From contig NC_042999.1 in assembly GCF_006345805.1 (NCBI RefSeq), positions 154,256,001-154,320,000 of the forward strand: a stretch of 64,000 nt of DNA. Direction: 5' to 3'. Shown in pieces: positions 36,922-50,210 of the stretch. A program made the translations under genes and the position numbers. The notes below the pieces were generated by a model, which saw only the letters and a program-made list of their open reading frames with translations, ran no database searches and was not told the origin of the DNA. This stretch comes from Octopus sinensis (Eukaryota). Positions within the stretch are counted from its first letter, which is position 1. Every line of letters starts with the position of its first letter.

Positions 36922-37080
36922 CAGCGGCGGACCGAAATGGGGCGGGCCTTAGGGGCACGTGCTCCCCTCAAGAAAAGAAGTGCGCTTTTCTAAATAATGT
37001 TATTACGGCCTTTTCTCCTGAAATTATATTACCTTCTGACCTTGTGCTCTTCTTTTGAAAAATTCCTGGGACCGCGCCTG
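36922..37080. mobile_element. Small GC-ended MITE-like element
   Basis: CAGCGGCGGACC ... GGACCGCGCCTG; TSD unclear (TAAAG on both sides). Confidence 0.35.
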
Positions 37081-37119
37081 TAAAGATTACAAGGCTGAAG
37101 ATAACAAGATGGATGGAAG

Positions 37120-37497
37120 CACTCCGTCGGTTACGACGACGAGGGTTCCGGTTGATCCGATCAACGGAACAGCCAGCTCGTGAAATTAACGTGTAAGTGG
37201 CTGAGCATTCCACAGACACGTGTACCCTTAATGTAATTCTCGGGGATATTCAGCGTGACACAGAGTGACAAGGCCGGCCCTTTGAAATACAGGTACAACA
37301 GAAACAGGAAGTAAGAGTGAGAGAGAGTTGTGGTGAAAGAGTACAGCAGGGATCACCACCATCCCCTGTCGTAGCCTCATGGAGCTTTTTAGGTGTTTTC
37401 GCTCAATAAACACTCACAACGCCCGGTCTGGGAATCGAAACCGCGATCCTACGACCGCGAGTCCGCTGCCCTAACCACTGGGCCATTGCGCCTCCAC
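37120..37497 (-). mobile_element. SINE family C, young copy with tRNA-Arg-like head
   Basis: GGAGGCGCAATGGCCCAGTGGTTAGGGCAGCGGACTCGCGGTCGTAGGATCGCGGTTTCGATTCCC. Octopus tRNA-Arg-derived SINEs (OR1/OR2) are known; name assignment needs alignment. Confidence 0.85.
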
Positions 37498-37809
37498 ATA
37501 ACAAGAAGAACCAAGCAAATCTAGAGGATGGACGAAAGAAGCAGAGAAAAGAAAGGATATATGTAAAAAAGAAAATAGAAGAAAACTATCTCAACATGTG
37601 CGTTGTTTAGTATTTTAAAAGGTAGTTTAAACGGGTTTACGAGACTATAGACAATATATGTAGCTATCAACTACAAACACGCCCACACATTTACACATAA
37701 TGGTTGTAACGTAGCAAAACTGAAAAGCCACGTGTGCTTTTCACTTCTACTTTGGGACTTACGCTCATTTACACAGAAGTTCCTTTTGCGGAAGGTATTC
37801 AGAGTGCTT

Positions 37810-38284
37810 ACCGCATACATACATACGTACATACATACACACATATACATACATACATACATACATACATACATACATACATGCATACATACAAACACAT
37901 ACATACATACATACATACATACATACATACATACATACATACATACATACAACACATACATACATACATAAATACACACATACATACACATACACACATG
38001 CATACATACATACATACATACACATACATACACATACATACATACATGCATACATACATACATACATACATACACATACATACACATACATACATACATG
38101 CATACATACACACACGTATATGCATACATACATACAAACATATACATACATGCATACATACACACGCATACATACATGCATACATACACACGCATACATA
38201 CATGCATACATACACACACATACATACATACAAACATACACTGGCACTGGCTCACACAGACACACACACACACACGCACGCACA

Positions 38285-38329
<45 letters not shown>

Positions 38330-38330
38330 C
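37810..38330 (+). repeat. (CATA)n/(CA)n compound microsatellite
   Basis: Direct inspection. Confidence 0.95.
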
Positions 38331-38809
38331 AGTGGTGTTACCCACGTGAATGTAGGGCATGCAACATCCATCTAAAGTAATTTATAAATGAATGCAGAGA
38401 GCAAATCAGATTTTAATATACCTGGCAAGAAGGTATGCATCCTACTTCAATTATATTATTGTAATTTTAATAATTATATGCTTTGGCTTAAGTACCAGTA
38501 GTCACCTTTCACACACCACACACACACACATGCACACATACACATTGGAAAGGTAGGAATGGTTCGGAGAGCAGGCGAAAGAAGCTTCATAGCGAAATAC
38601 ATAGAAATATACAGAGGTTGTAAAAATTGCCTGAAGCTTTCTTGATGAATGATAAATAAGAGGATAAGTGTAAACAAGAAGGCTATAAAACAAATGCAGA
38701 ATAAAAGAAAAATATATAAAAAAAACTATATAAATGCAAACAAGTATGTCTTGTATCGTATGTAGGTTAAAAAGCAAGATGCAAAGAAAAGAGAAAGGAA
38801 TAGAATAAT

Positions 38810-38841
38810 ATAATACATATATATATATACATATATATATA

Positions 38842-38912
<71 letters not shown>

Positions 38913-38948
38913 ATATATATATATATACATACATATATATATATATAT

Positions 38949-38983
<35 letters not shown>

Positions 38984-39015
38984 ATATATATATATACATA
39001 CATATATATATATAA

Positions 39016-39047
<32 letters not shown>

Positions 39048-39098
39048 CATATATATATACATACATATATATATATATATACATATATATACATACAT

Positions 39099-39148
<50 letters not shown>

Positions 39149-39190
39149 TATATATATAATATATATATATATATTATATATATATATATG
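38810..39190. repeat. (TA)n microsatellite block; similar blocks at 12780-13030 and 33170-33240
   Basis: Direct inspection. Confidence 0.95.
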
Positions 39191-39519
39191 AAGGGAGAGG
39201 AAAAGTGGCAAACTAGGTTAAATATGTTACCTAATAAGTCATGTAGACAGTAAAGTAATGGAAGCCGTAGGTCTAAGTAAAAAGATTCGTAATATTTGAT
39301 GGTTTCAAATTGTTTGCATAAGCAAGAGGAATTTGATATTCGAGAATTACAAAAGAAATTATTGAAAGAGTAAGCGAAGGATCTAATCGCGACGGGATGA
39401 CATAATTCGCCCAGTGTAACATAATGCAAAGTTCAATTTGACGTTAGCGCGGATAAGAATGTATAATATCGTATCAGATGTAGATATGGGCTGTCTAGTA
39501 TCGCTAAAATTGATGGTGT

Positions 39520-39912
39520 CAGCCGCGTCGCTTGACCTTTAGAGGACCCCTGCAACTTTTTGTTTCGAGGCCCCATCCCTTCAGTCAAAATTCATAATCT
39601 ACACACCTTTTTATTCATAGCTATATTTTACTTTATCCTATCTGAAGTTCAATATTTCAGGTTATCCTAAAGAACATATTTAGGTAAGGACGTTCGTGGT
39701 ACAATGCAATATTTTTACAAGAACTTTTGCAGGTACAGTGTATTACAATTTTATTTCTTGAAATTTTCAGTTAACATAGTTTAATTCTTGTTCAACATCT
39801 TAACCAAAGTAAATAGATGATTCATTTGCATACATTGATCTTCACATGGGGCTCCTCAACCGCGTAAGCCTCCTGCGACTGTAGGGGTTGCAGGGGCTTA
39901 GCGACGGCCCTG
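39520..39912. mobile_element. hAT-type MITE
   Basis: Termini CAGCCGCGTCGCT / AGCGACGGCCCTG; 8-bp TSD GATGGTGT / GATAGTGT (7 of 8 match). Confidence 0.65.
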
Positions 39913-40204
39913 GATAGTGTTGATACTTTATATTACATGTCGCGGAAAAGTTAAAGGTTTGTAATTGCCTGAAAGTTTTAAAGGTTTTTATGCGTATTCG
40001 ATGTGTACACGAAAGTTTTGAAGGGTTTATGTGTTCTCTGAGTGGTTATTGCGAATGTAACTTCCTAAAGGGGATTTTGCTTTTTTCTCCAGCACACGAA
40101 CGCGCCTTAAATAAACTATCCCATCTTAAATAGTGTTGATTATTTCTTGTCGTCAATTACCAAATACAACTGGACAGCGTGGTGTCATTATATATATATA
40201 TATA

Positions 40205-40605
40205 TATTCTCTTTCTCTTTTACTTGTTTCAGTCATTTGACTGTGGCCATGCTGGAGCACCACCTTTAGTCGAGGAAATCGACCCCAGGTCTTATTCTTT
40301 GTAAGCCTAGTACTTATTCTATCGGTCTCTTTTACCGAACCGATAAGTTACGGGGACGTAAACACACCAGCATCGGTTGTCAAGCGATGTTGGGGGGGAC
40401 AAACACAGACACACAAACACACACACATATATATATATACATATATACGATGGGCTTCTTTCAGTTTCCGCCTACCAAATCCACTCACAAGGATTTGGTC
40501 GGTCCGAGGCTATAGTAGAAGACACTTGGCCAAGGTGCCACGCAGTGTAACTGAACCCGGAACCATGTGGTTGGGAAGCAAGCTACTTACCACACAGCCA
40601 CTCCT
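40205..40605 (-). mobile_element. SINE family A, near full length
   Basis: Reverse complement of the 10963 and 56638 copies. Confidence 0.9.
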
Positions 40606-40714
40606 ATATATATATATATATAAGGATAAGCATATTAAAAGAAGTCTGTGGGAAAACTCATTTAAAGAAAAGGAGTCCTTGGTAGTGAAAAGGTTGAAAA
40701 CCGCTGACCTAATA

Positions 40715-41005
40715 CTTCCCTGATTATTCTGGCCGTGCCAAAGAAGCGAACCTACTGGGCACTCTATTCCAATTTCCTTTATATTCCCCTTCATGCCTTC
40801 TGATACTGTTCCCATGGACCTGATAATAATTAGCACTATCTTCACCTTCTTCATTTTCCATAGCCGGGCTATTTCGTACATAAGAGGGTTGTATTCATTT
40901 ATTTTTTCGCCTTCTTTCTTGACTATTCGTGGATCAAAGGGGCACGCAACATCAACTATAGTGCATGCGTGGTGCATCTTGTCGACCACCACTAGCTCAG
41001 GTCTA
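40715..41005 (-). pseudogene. REL endonuclease fragment of an R4/Dong-like LINE, next to (TAA)n
   Basis: RPELVVVDK...IVDVACPFD...KINEYNPL.YEIARLW...GTV; PD-(D/E)xK-type motif. Confidence 0.8.
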
Positions 41006-41008
41006 TCA

Positions 41009-41081
<73 letters not shown>

Positions 41082-41469
41082 TGTCTATATCTTTGCTTAC
41101 TGTTCCCAACGCTACTGTTCTCATGCTCCACATTCTTCCTATTTCAAATTTTGAGAGATTGTATTTGTTTTGTCCTCTTTCTTATGATTCTGGAATCAAA
41201 CGGGCACGAAGCAACTTCGCCTTTCCTTATCTATAATTGTTATTTCCGGTCTATTATTTTCTAACTTCTTGTCCAGTTCTTATATTATACCTGTGCCAAC
41301 TTGGGTCATTCTTCCAAAATGAGTGTCCCTGTCTCTCTCCAAATTCCACAGGCTTTATATTTTTCTGACACATTCTCTCCATATATATTTTTTCTCAAGT
41401 CGCTTGTTCTTATTGCTTGATCTTAGGCTGCTACAATTATGCTGTCTGTCAATTTGCCTCTCTCTCTCA

Positions 41470-41500
<31 letters not shown>

Positions 41501-41864
41501 TCTCTCTCTCTCTCTCTCTCTCCCCCTTCCCTTCTCTCTCTTTCTCTCTCTTTCTCTTTCTATAACGATGTAAAGCGTAACTTTAGAATCAACCAAGCAA
41601 CTAATATTTATATCGGCTATTATTAAACAGAGATAAGACGATGTTTTATTCGTATTTTAATCCCGATAAGAAAAATCTTTTGAAAATGTGTTTGAAATGA
41701 AAATATTGTATCAGCTTTAAATACTTTACCTCTACGAAAATTCGCGGGCCCTTTTAGCACCCAGCCCCTACTTGACATTAGCTACCTCCTTTGAGATCTT
41801 ATAACGCTTCCAGTAGAGTGTTATTAGTCAGGATCTGAATCAAAGGTTGAAAAACAAGAAAGTA

Positions 41865-42210
41865 ATGAACCACATGGTTCACGCCTACTGCGTGGAACCT
41901 TGGCAAGTATCTTCTATTATAGTTTCGTGACGACCAAAGTCTTGTGAGTTAATTTGGTAGACGGAAACTGAAAGAAGTCCGTCGTATGTTTTTGTATATG
42001 TGTGTGTCTTTTTGTCTGCGTTTGTCCCTCACTACCGCTTGACCATCGGTGTTGGTGTGTTTACATCCCCGTAACATAGCAGTTCGGTAAAAGAGACCGA
42101 TAGAATAAATATCAGGCCTGAAAGAAAAATAATAAGCCCTGGGGTCGATTCATTCGACTAAAATCTCTTCAAGGCTATGCCCCAGCATGGCCGCATTCTA
42201 AAGACTTAAA
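41865..42210 (+). mobile_element. SINE family A, diverged, 5' truncated
   Basis: GGTAGACGGAAACTGAAAGAAG and the A tail. Confidence 0.8.
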
Positions 42211-43054
42211 TAAGAAAAAAAAAATGGCAGAATGGTTTGCACGCCGGGCGAAATGCTTAGCAGTATTTCGTCTGCCGCTACATTCTGAGTTCAAATTCCG
42301 CCGAGGTCGACTTTGCCTTTCATCCTTTCGGGCTCTATTAAATAAGTACCAGTTACACACTGGGGTCGATGTAATCGACTTAATCCGTTTGTCTGTCCTT
42401 GTTTGTCCTCTCTGTGTTTAGTCCCTTTTGGGCAGTAAAGAAATAGATATAAATAACCCTAATGGCAGCTTTTAATTAAGGAACAAGGATTGTCGTTTTG
42501 AAGGGAATTAGTTGATGCGATCGAACGCACTACCTGTCTGGTACTTTATTTTATCGACCATGAAATGATGAAAGGCAAGTGTGGCCTCGGTAGCGTTTGA
42601 CCTCAGAACGTAAAGAGCCAGAACTAACACCTCATAGCATTTCTTCGACGCTCTAACGGTTCTCTGCCAGCCTGAAGAAAACATAAATAATTTATAATGG
42701 CTTTTTTTTAATGCTAATTCCTTTTTGTTGCTTTTACGCGTTGAAAGATCTCGCTTAACGACTGAGCTGATATATAAGAGTGAGAAAGGGAGAGAGAGGA
42801 GGAGAGAGGTGAGGAGAGGGGGAGAAGAAAAGCAGTTGAAGACATAAATAAATAAATTAATTAAATTAATAAAATGCTTGATTAATGTTTAAAAGATCCT
42901 CGAAAATGAATTAGTTTGTATAACATTAAAACTAGTTTGGCTGAGGTCATTAATAAACAAACAGTTATTAACAACTTGCAAGTCAACAGACACCCCCCTC
43001 TCTCTCTTTATCTGTCTTTCTCTTTCCTTCTCTTTTCTTTTCTTTCCTCCTTTA

Positions 43055-43095
<41 letters not shown>

Positions 43096-43255
43096 TTCTT
43101 TCTTCCCCAAGCTCTCTCTTATAAATGAAAGTACCATTTAGAGAACGAAAACTGTTATAGGTGAACATAGAAAACCATGTAATCTTATTATTCCAGTGTT
43201 AAAATTCTTCGTCTTGTCATATATTTTCCACGTACAGCTGCAAACAGCCGTCTTA

Positions 43256-43648
43256 TCTTTATATATAAAAGTCAAGTTGTGTGTCTGTCTCCTACGATTT
43301 AGATTCCTAACTACTCCCACATTTTACGGTGCAGTTTAACCAAAACCGGGTATCTTATAGTCGTGATTCATATCGAGCCCTTCTGGGTATTAGCGCGCGT
43401 CTACGATGAGTCTACGATTTTAAAAATAATTTACCATCATTTTTTTCCACTTTAATGCATATTTTTTTTAATATAAGGGAAGTAACTCTCTAAAAATGTC
43501 TACGATGAGTCAACGTTTAAAAAAAAATTTACCATCATTTGTTTCCATTTTTAATGCATTTTTTTGCTATTTTTTGGCTATAACTCTCTAAAAATGCTTT
43601 ATAGTTATTTCCCTTACAAAACCGAGCAACGCCGGGTGATACTGCTAG
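43256..43648 (+). mobile_element. Non-autonomous Helitron (copy 1)
   Basis: A|TCTTTATATATAAAAG ... CCGAGCAACGCCGGG hairpin ... CTAG|T. Confidence 0.85.
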
Positions 43649-44539
43649 TTATTATTAAGGCGCGAGGCGGCGAGCTGGCAGAAACGTTAGCACGCCGGGT
43701 GAAATACTTAGCGGCATTTCGTCCGTCTTTACGTTCTGAGTTCAAATTCCGCCGAGGTCGACTTTGCCTTTCATCCTTCGGGCTCTATTAAATAAGTACC
43801 AGTTACACACTGGGGTCGATGTAATCGACTTAATCCGTTTGTCTGTCCTTGTTTGTCCTCTCTGTGTTTAGTCCCTTTTGGGCAGTAAAGAAATAGATAT
43901 AAATAACCCTAATGGCAGCTTTTAATTAAGGAACAAGGATTGTCGTTTTGAAGGGAATTAGTTGATGCGATCGAACGCACTACCTGTCTGGTACTTTATT
44001 TTATCGACCATGAAATGATGAAAGGCAAGTGTGGCCTCGGTAGCGTTTGACCTCAGAACGTAAAGAGCCAGAACTAACACCTCATAGCATTTCTTCGACG
44101 CTCTAACGGTTCTCTGCCAGCCTGAAGAAAACATAAATAATTTATAATGGCTTTTTTTTTAATGCTAATTCCTTTTTGTTGCTTTTACGCGTTGAAAGAT
44201 CTCGCTTAACGAACTGAGCTGATATATAAGAGTGAGAAAGGGAGAGAGAGGAGGAAGAGACAGAGAGAGAGAGAAAGAGAGAGGAGGAGAGAGGTGAGGA
44301 GAGGGGGAGAAGAAAAGGAGTTGAAGACATAAATAAATAAATTAATTAAATTAATAAAATGCTTGATTAATGTTTAAAAGATCCTCGAAAATGAATTAGT
44401 TTGTATAACATTAAAACTAGTTTGGCTGAGGTCATTAATAAACAAACAGTTATTAACAACTTGCAAGTCAACAGACACCCCCCTCTCTCTCTTTATCTGT
44501 CTTTCTCTTTCCTTCTCTTTTCTTTTCTTTCCTCCTTTA

Positions 44540-44586
<47 letters not shown>

Positions 44587-44745
44587 TTCTTTCTTCCCCA
44601 AGCTCTCTCTTATAAATGAAAGTACCATTTAGAGAACGAAAACTGTTATAGGTGAACATAGAAAACCATGTAATCTTATTATTCCAGTGTTAAAATTCTT
44701 CGTCTTGTCATATATTTTCCACGTACAGCTGCAACAGCCGTCTTA

Positions 44746-45136
44746 TCTTTATATATAAAAGTCAAGTTGTGTGTCTGTCTCCTACGATTTAGATTCCTAA
44801 CTACTCCCACATTTTACGGTGCAGTTTAACCAAAACCGGTATCTTATAGTCGTGATTCATATCGAGCCCTTCTGGGTATTAGCGCGCGTCTACGATGAGT
44901 CTACGATTTTAAAAATAATTTACCATCATTTTTTTCCACTTTAATGCATATTTTTTTTAATATAAGGGAAGTAACTCTCTAAAAATGTCTACGATGAGTC
45001 AACGTTTAAAAAAAAATTACCATCATTTGTTTCCATTTTTAATGCATTTTTTTGCTATTTTTTGGCTATAACTCTCTAAAAATGCTTTATAGTTATTTCC
45101 CTTACAAAACCGAGCAACGCCGGGCGATACTGCTAG
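44746..45136 (+). mobile_element. Non-autonomous Helitron (duplicated copy 2)
   Basis: Same termini as copy 1. Confidence 0.85.
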
Positions 45137-45144
45137 TTATTATT

Positions 45145-45712
45145 AAGGCGCGAGGCGGCGAGCTGGCAGAAACGTTAGCACGCCGGGTGAAATACTTAGC
45201 GGCATTTCGTCCGTCTTTACGTTCTGAGTTCAAATTCCGCCGAGGTCGACTTTGCCTTTCATCCTTTCGGGATCGATAAATAAATACCAGTTGCGTACTG
45301 GGGTCGTTGTAATCAACTATTCCCCTCCCCCAAATTTCAGACCTTGTGCCTATAGTAGAAAGGACTATTACTATTATAAGGCGGCGAGCTAGCAGAATCG
45401 TTAGCATGCTGGACGAAATGCTTAGCGGCATTTCGTCCGTCTTTACGTTCTGAGTTCAAATTCCGCCGAGGTCGACTTTGCCTTTCATCCTTTCGGGGTC
45501 GATAAATAAATACCAGTTGCGTACTGGGGTCGTTGTAATCAACTATTCCCCTCCCCCAAATGTCAGACCTTGTGCCTATAGTAGAAAGGACTATTACTAT
45601 TATAAGGCGGCGAGCTAGCAGAATCGTTAGCATGCTGGACGAAATGCTTAGCGCTATTTCGCACGTCGCTACTTTCTGAGTTCAAATTCCGCTGTAGAAA
45701 GGATTATTATTT
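45145..45712 (+). repeat. Tandem SINE B copies (two complete, one internally deleted) joined by TTA-rich linkers
   Basis: The segment ...GTAGAAAGGACTATTACTATTATAAGGCGGCGAGCTAGC... occurs twice about 234 bp apart. Confidence 0.85.
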
Positions 45713-45714
45713 CA

Positions 45715-46540
45715 TTGTCTTTGCACAGCTTCTAATGCTGGAGATGTACTACGGTGTCAGCTGTTCACTACCAGTGAACTAAGGTAACATCCATTATTTT
45801 TCGAGCACCATCCGGAGTAATCAAGCGGTTCCAAGCAACACTGTTTTCTGAAAATGCCCCACTCTTATTGCAGCCCCTATTTGTTCCATGTACTTCTCAA
45901 GATTTTTACTCACTGTTCCCAGGGCTCCGACAATTATTGGTACTATGACCACCTTTTTCAGTAACCACAACTGCGTAACCTCCCAAGCTAACCTGTTATG
46001 TCTATCGACTTTTCTTCCTTATCACATACCTTGTTGTCAGCTGGGCATGCTATACCTATGATCCAGCATCGTTTGCTTTCTTTCTCAATTAACACTATGT
46101 CTGGTTTTCTATTCTCTATCTCAAGGTCGCATTGAATCATAAAATCCTATAGGGTCTTTGCATTATCATTTTTAATTATGCCTTTGGGTTTATGTTCCTA
46201 GCACTTTTTTGCTCTGTCAAGTCCATACTTGTTGCAAAGTGTCCAATGGACACTTGCGATATTGTCGTGGCGCCTCTTACATACTCTCAGGGCTAGTGGC
46301 TTACATTGACTGGTAATATGCCATACGGTTTCACCATTTTGTCCACAAATTTTGCACTTATCACTTTCTGATGTGTTGTCTATTCTGTATTTGCTGTAAT
46401 TTGAGTACGTCTTTTATTGAAGTGAACGCCTTAAATTTTGTCGTTATTCTCTTTGAGATTACAGCATTCATTTCTCGACGCATATTCACAGTGTCCCAAG
46501 AAGTGCTTCTTTACACCTTCAACTTCATTGCCTCTCACTC
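45715..46540 (-). pseudogene. R4/Dong-like LINE C-terminal remnant (CCHC knuckle and REL endonuclease) with short TAA tail
   Basis: CKICGQNGETVWHITSQC...RHDNIA...RKPDIVLIEK..CWIIGIACPAD...PIIVGALGTV...LLGTA; stops and frameshifts present. Confidence 0.85.
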
Positions 46541-47036
46541 TGTTTAGCCTTCTGCTACATCTTTAGACCGCATGTATGTTGTTTTCATGCAGTTCATTTT
46601 AAGGCTTACTACTGAGCTATGTGTTTCTAGCTCTGTCCAGAAATTTAAAAGCTGCATGTGGAGGCCGAAAACTACAAAGAACCAGCGGAAGCTTAAAGGA
46701 AGCATCTTGGAACAAACGGTCATGCAAGAGAAACGCAAAAGTATGAAGAGGTGAAGAGGAACATGAATAATTCTCTTCGAGTATTCCGTTCTCTGCAAAG
46801 AGAAGAGAACATCTGGAAGATGACATCGCGAATTAAGGATTGAAGAAACTGATGTAGGTTGCAGAGGAATGGAAGAGTCTAAAAGGATGTAGTTGAGAGA
46901 TGGTACCCAATAAGTCTGAGGTGATGCTGCTTAAGAACAAGGACGAGGTCATGGTAAATGACAAAGTGGAGTTTGATGAGGTCCGCAAAACCTTCTTCTA
47001 CAACGATTTTAAATCATTAGGGAAGCTCGACAGTCC

Positions 47037-47089
<53 letters not shown>

Positions 47090-47796
47090 ATTCACTCACT
47101 CACACAAACCCATGTATTATTAACTTGTACACATATATTAGCATCACCAGACTGTCTGGTTAAGGTGACTAAGCTGACACTCCGAAGTCACTGTCAGTAT
47201 TTTCCTTGGAAAGTATCAGGTAATGCTTCAGTTTAATTTTAAACTGTTTATATATAACGACATAGAACAAATATATGTCTATGTGTGTATGTATATGTAA
47301 ATATGTATATGTGTGTATGTATGTATGTGTGTGTGGTGTATGTATGTATGTGTGTGTGGTGTGTGCATGTTTGTGTGTGTCTGTATGTGTTGTGTGTGTA
47401 TGTGTGTGTGTCTGTATGTGTTGTGTGTGTGTGTGTGTGTATGTGTGTGTGTCTGTATGTGTTGTGTGTGTGTGTGTGTGTGTGTATGTGTGTGTGTATA
47501 GGTGTTTATGTGTATATGTGTGTGATAATTAAAATGCAGAATAACGTAAATTTTTAAAACGAACCATAATCTGTGTTGTTCGAAAACTATTTCAATGAAG
47601 TAAAAACATCATTTATATAATTACGAGGCTAACATACATAATTAATTAGTTTAAATGTGATTCTGTATATATACATGCAAGTTCACTCCATTAATATTTA
47701 CTACACTCCAATAATATATTGCAGTTTAACGATGTGTTAATAATTGAGCTATTAAATATCACGGATATATTTAATGATGTTTATACATCAATTGCG

Positions 47797-47835
<39 letters not shown>

Positions 47836-47914
47836 ACACACACAAACATACACACATGCACACACACATAAACACACACATATACAAACTTATATACGTG
47901 TGTATATGTTCTTT

Positions 47915-48130
47915 CATTCTTTTACTTGCTTCAGCAATCTGACTGCTGCCATGCTGGAGCACCGCCTCGAAAGATGTTAGTCGAAGAAATCGACCCTAGG
48001 ACTTGCTCTCTGTACGCCTAGCACTTATTCTATCGGCCTCTTTTGCCAAACCGCTAAGTTACGGTGACGTAAACACACCGACACCGGTCGTCAAGCGATG
48101 GTGGGAGACGAACACAGACACAAAGACACA
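47915..48130 (-). mobile_element. SINE family A 3' portion
   Basis: TTTTACTTGCTTCAG...CCATGCTGGAGCACCGCC...AAACACACCGACACCGGTCGTCAAGCG. Confidence 0.8.
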
Positions 48131-48218
48131 TACATACATACATACATACATACATACATACATACATACATACATACATACGTACATACATACGTACGTA
48201 CATACATACATACATACA

Positions 48219-48245
<27 letters not shown>

Positions 48246-48255
<10 letters not shown>

Positions 48256-48712
48256 ATTTTCAGAATGAGATAAAAATCCAAAGCTGTGAAAGATTCTAAA
48301 ATATTTACAGCTGTTTCCGGGATATTTTATATATCTCTTCATCGGAGACGGTGTGAGATAAGATATGAAATAGAGATTGAAGTGGAGGAATGAAATTAGA
48401 CGTGAGATATGCAGGGATATTGCATCTGTAGATCATTGTTTAGGAAGAGTGTACACTATTCTGCCTAAACAATGGATCTACAGATGCAATATCCCTGCAT
48501 ATCTCACGTCTACTTTTATTCTTCCGCTTCACTCTCTATTTCATATCTTATCTAGAATAACTATTGCTTAACCATCTTCTCACACCGTCTCCAATGAAGG
48601 ATATATAAAACATCCCGGAAACAGCTGTAAGACCTTCTATTTATAAATCTTCTAAAATCTTTCATAGCGTTGGATTTTTGTCTCATTCTGAAAATTTATA
48701 TATATATATACA
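48246..48712. mobile_element. ~465-bp fold-back element made of two inverted Penelope-type ends, each with a degenerate hammerhead, in (TA)n
   Basis: Centre AGTGTACACT at 48448-48457; termini AAATTTTCAGAATGAGA / TCTCATTCTGAAAATTT; right arm GTCT-CCAATGA..CCCG-GAAA-CAGCTG-TA^AGAC at 48587-48633. Confidence 0.75.
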
Positions 48713-48862
48713 TACTGATATATGACCTACGTTGGACTCCTCATTCGCATAATCACCGAATCTGGAGCTTAACTATTGTCTGTCCATAGCACTTACTCAG
48801 CATTACCTCACACCTTAGGGTCTTATTGACACCATAATCTCTCTCTCTCTCTTCTCTCTCTA

Positions 48863-48904
<42 letters not shown>

Positions 48905-49559
48905 AATACAAAAATGGGACAATAACGCAACAGGCGACAACAAAACATCCAGACAGTTGGATGATGCTAAAAGGGACATGAAAAAGCAAGGACGAGTCAT
49001 ACGGAGTTTTCTTTCGTCAGTCGAGTTCCAGATTATCTTTGCAGTTTCGGCTGGCCGTTCACTCTTGACCGAGGAAGACCATAGCTGACCTTCAGGATCA
49101 TTGTGCACTCTAGGACTAACTTATATCTTGCATTTGTGGCTCCGTTGGTGGCTAATGAGCCCTGCTCTTGTCAAGCATATACGACTGCAAGCATTGCAGA
49201 CCAAAATTTCCCCATTCACTACACCAGCAGTGCGCTTTCGAACAGCACCCAGTATAATCTGTTGTATGGTTGGGTCGTGGGTGACTATTCACCACCAAGC
49301 TTGATTGGTGACTAGGACGGTTTTTGGACATTGCGGGATAAGACCTGTCAAAGGACGCATGGACTCAGAGAATCAACTGGCCCCATAGATCCACATTAGG
49401 GATTACATAATCAAAAAATTTCACTGGTTAATCACTATCATATAAGAGGAAAATTTCGACGATATGTTTATTATAGTAATACATATCATTAATATTGAAT
49501 ATATTATTATAGGAGGAAATAGGAAAAATCTTCGAACATTACTTCAGAGAAGACATCAA

Positions 49560-50210
49560 GAAACTTCAAAAAGAAAAACAACGAAAACATCGTACCATTC
49601 ATAAACACACACAATCCTAGAGTTATCAACAAGTTTCAAATTATACATTCAGACTTACCAATAGTTCTACAAAGCCCCAAAATGGAAAACCTGTTAAACA
49701 AATACTGCATAATAAGTAGTAAACGCCAAGAGAAAAACCTCAAAAAAACAACTGACAAGAGCAAAATTCTCATCAGAGAATGAAACCGAATTCTTTGTGA
49801 AAGAATGTGGAGATAGTAGATGTGGGATCTGCAGTAACCCCATCTACAAATATATAGAGGAAAACAACCAAATGAAATTTAAGTGTGGACACACATTCAA
49901 AGCAAATGCAAACATGAATTGCAAGACACAAAACTTAATATATTGCATAACCTGTCCCACATGCAAGGAGAACTATATAGGTGAAACTGGCAATTCTTTA
50001 TGCCAACGAGCCAGAATTCACCGACAACATATTCAACAGGGAGAGCTACAAAAAAATCTACTAAGTAAACACTTAGAGACATGTGGAGAAGAAAGATTCA
50101 AGATCCTTCCCTTCTATAAATGCCCAAGGAATGACACTTTCAGAAAAATATGGAACAACACTTCATAGCAAAATTCTCTCCTTAACTGAATGGCTTAAAA
50201 TATGAAAATC
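49560..50210 (+). pseudogene. Penelope-like element C-terminal region with GIY-YIG endonuclease
   Basis: IVPFINTHNP...SKRQEKNLKK...CGDSRCGIC...MNCKTQNLIYCITCPTCKENYIGETGNSLCQRARIHRQHI. Confidence 0.9.

Larger units (their letters stand above)
42225..45190. repeat. Tandem segmental duplication, unit about 1.45-1.49 kb, with breakpoints inside SINE B copies
   Basis: GGCTCTATTA at 42331 and 43781 (offset 1450); ATTATTAAGGCGCGAGG at 43651 and 45139 (offset 1488); the units differ mainly by microsatellite length and 1-bp indels. Confidence 0.9.

Noticed and set aside
37420-37497. tRNA-Arg gene
   Set aside because: It has A and B boxes but no proper acceptor stem, and it continues into a SINE body present in several copies.
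37671-39429. Long ORFs rich in YI, CV, HT and MYV dipeptides (also at 12.7-13.3, 16.0-16.4, 22.5-24.3, 47.3 and 48.1 kb)
   Set aside because: They are translations of (TA)n, (CA)n and (CATA)n microsatellites that lack stop codons.
46540-47030. Possible exon or LINE fragment (KNKDEVMVNDKVEFDEVRKTFFY)
   Set aside because: No convincing motif or splice-site pair; probably a decayed retroelement, but not assignable.
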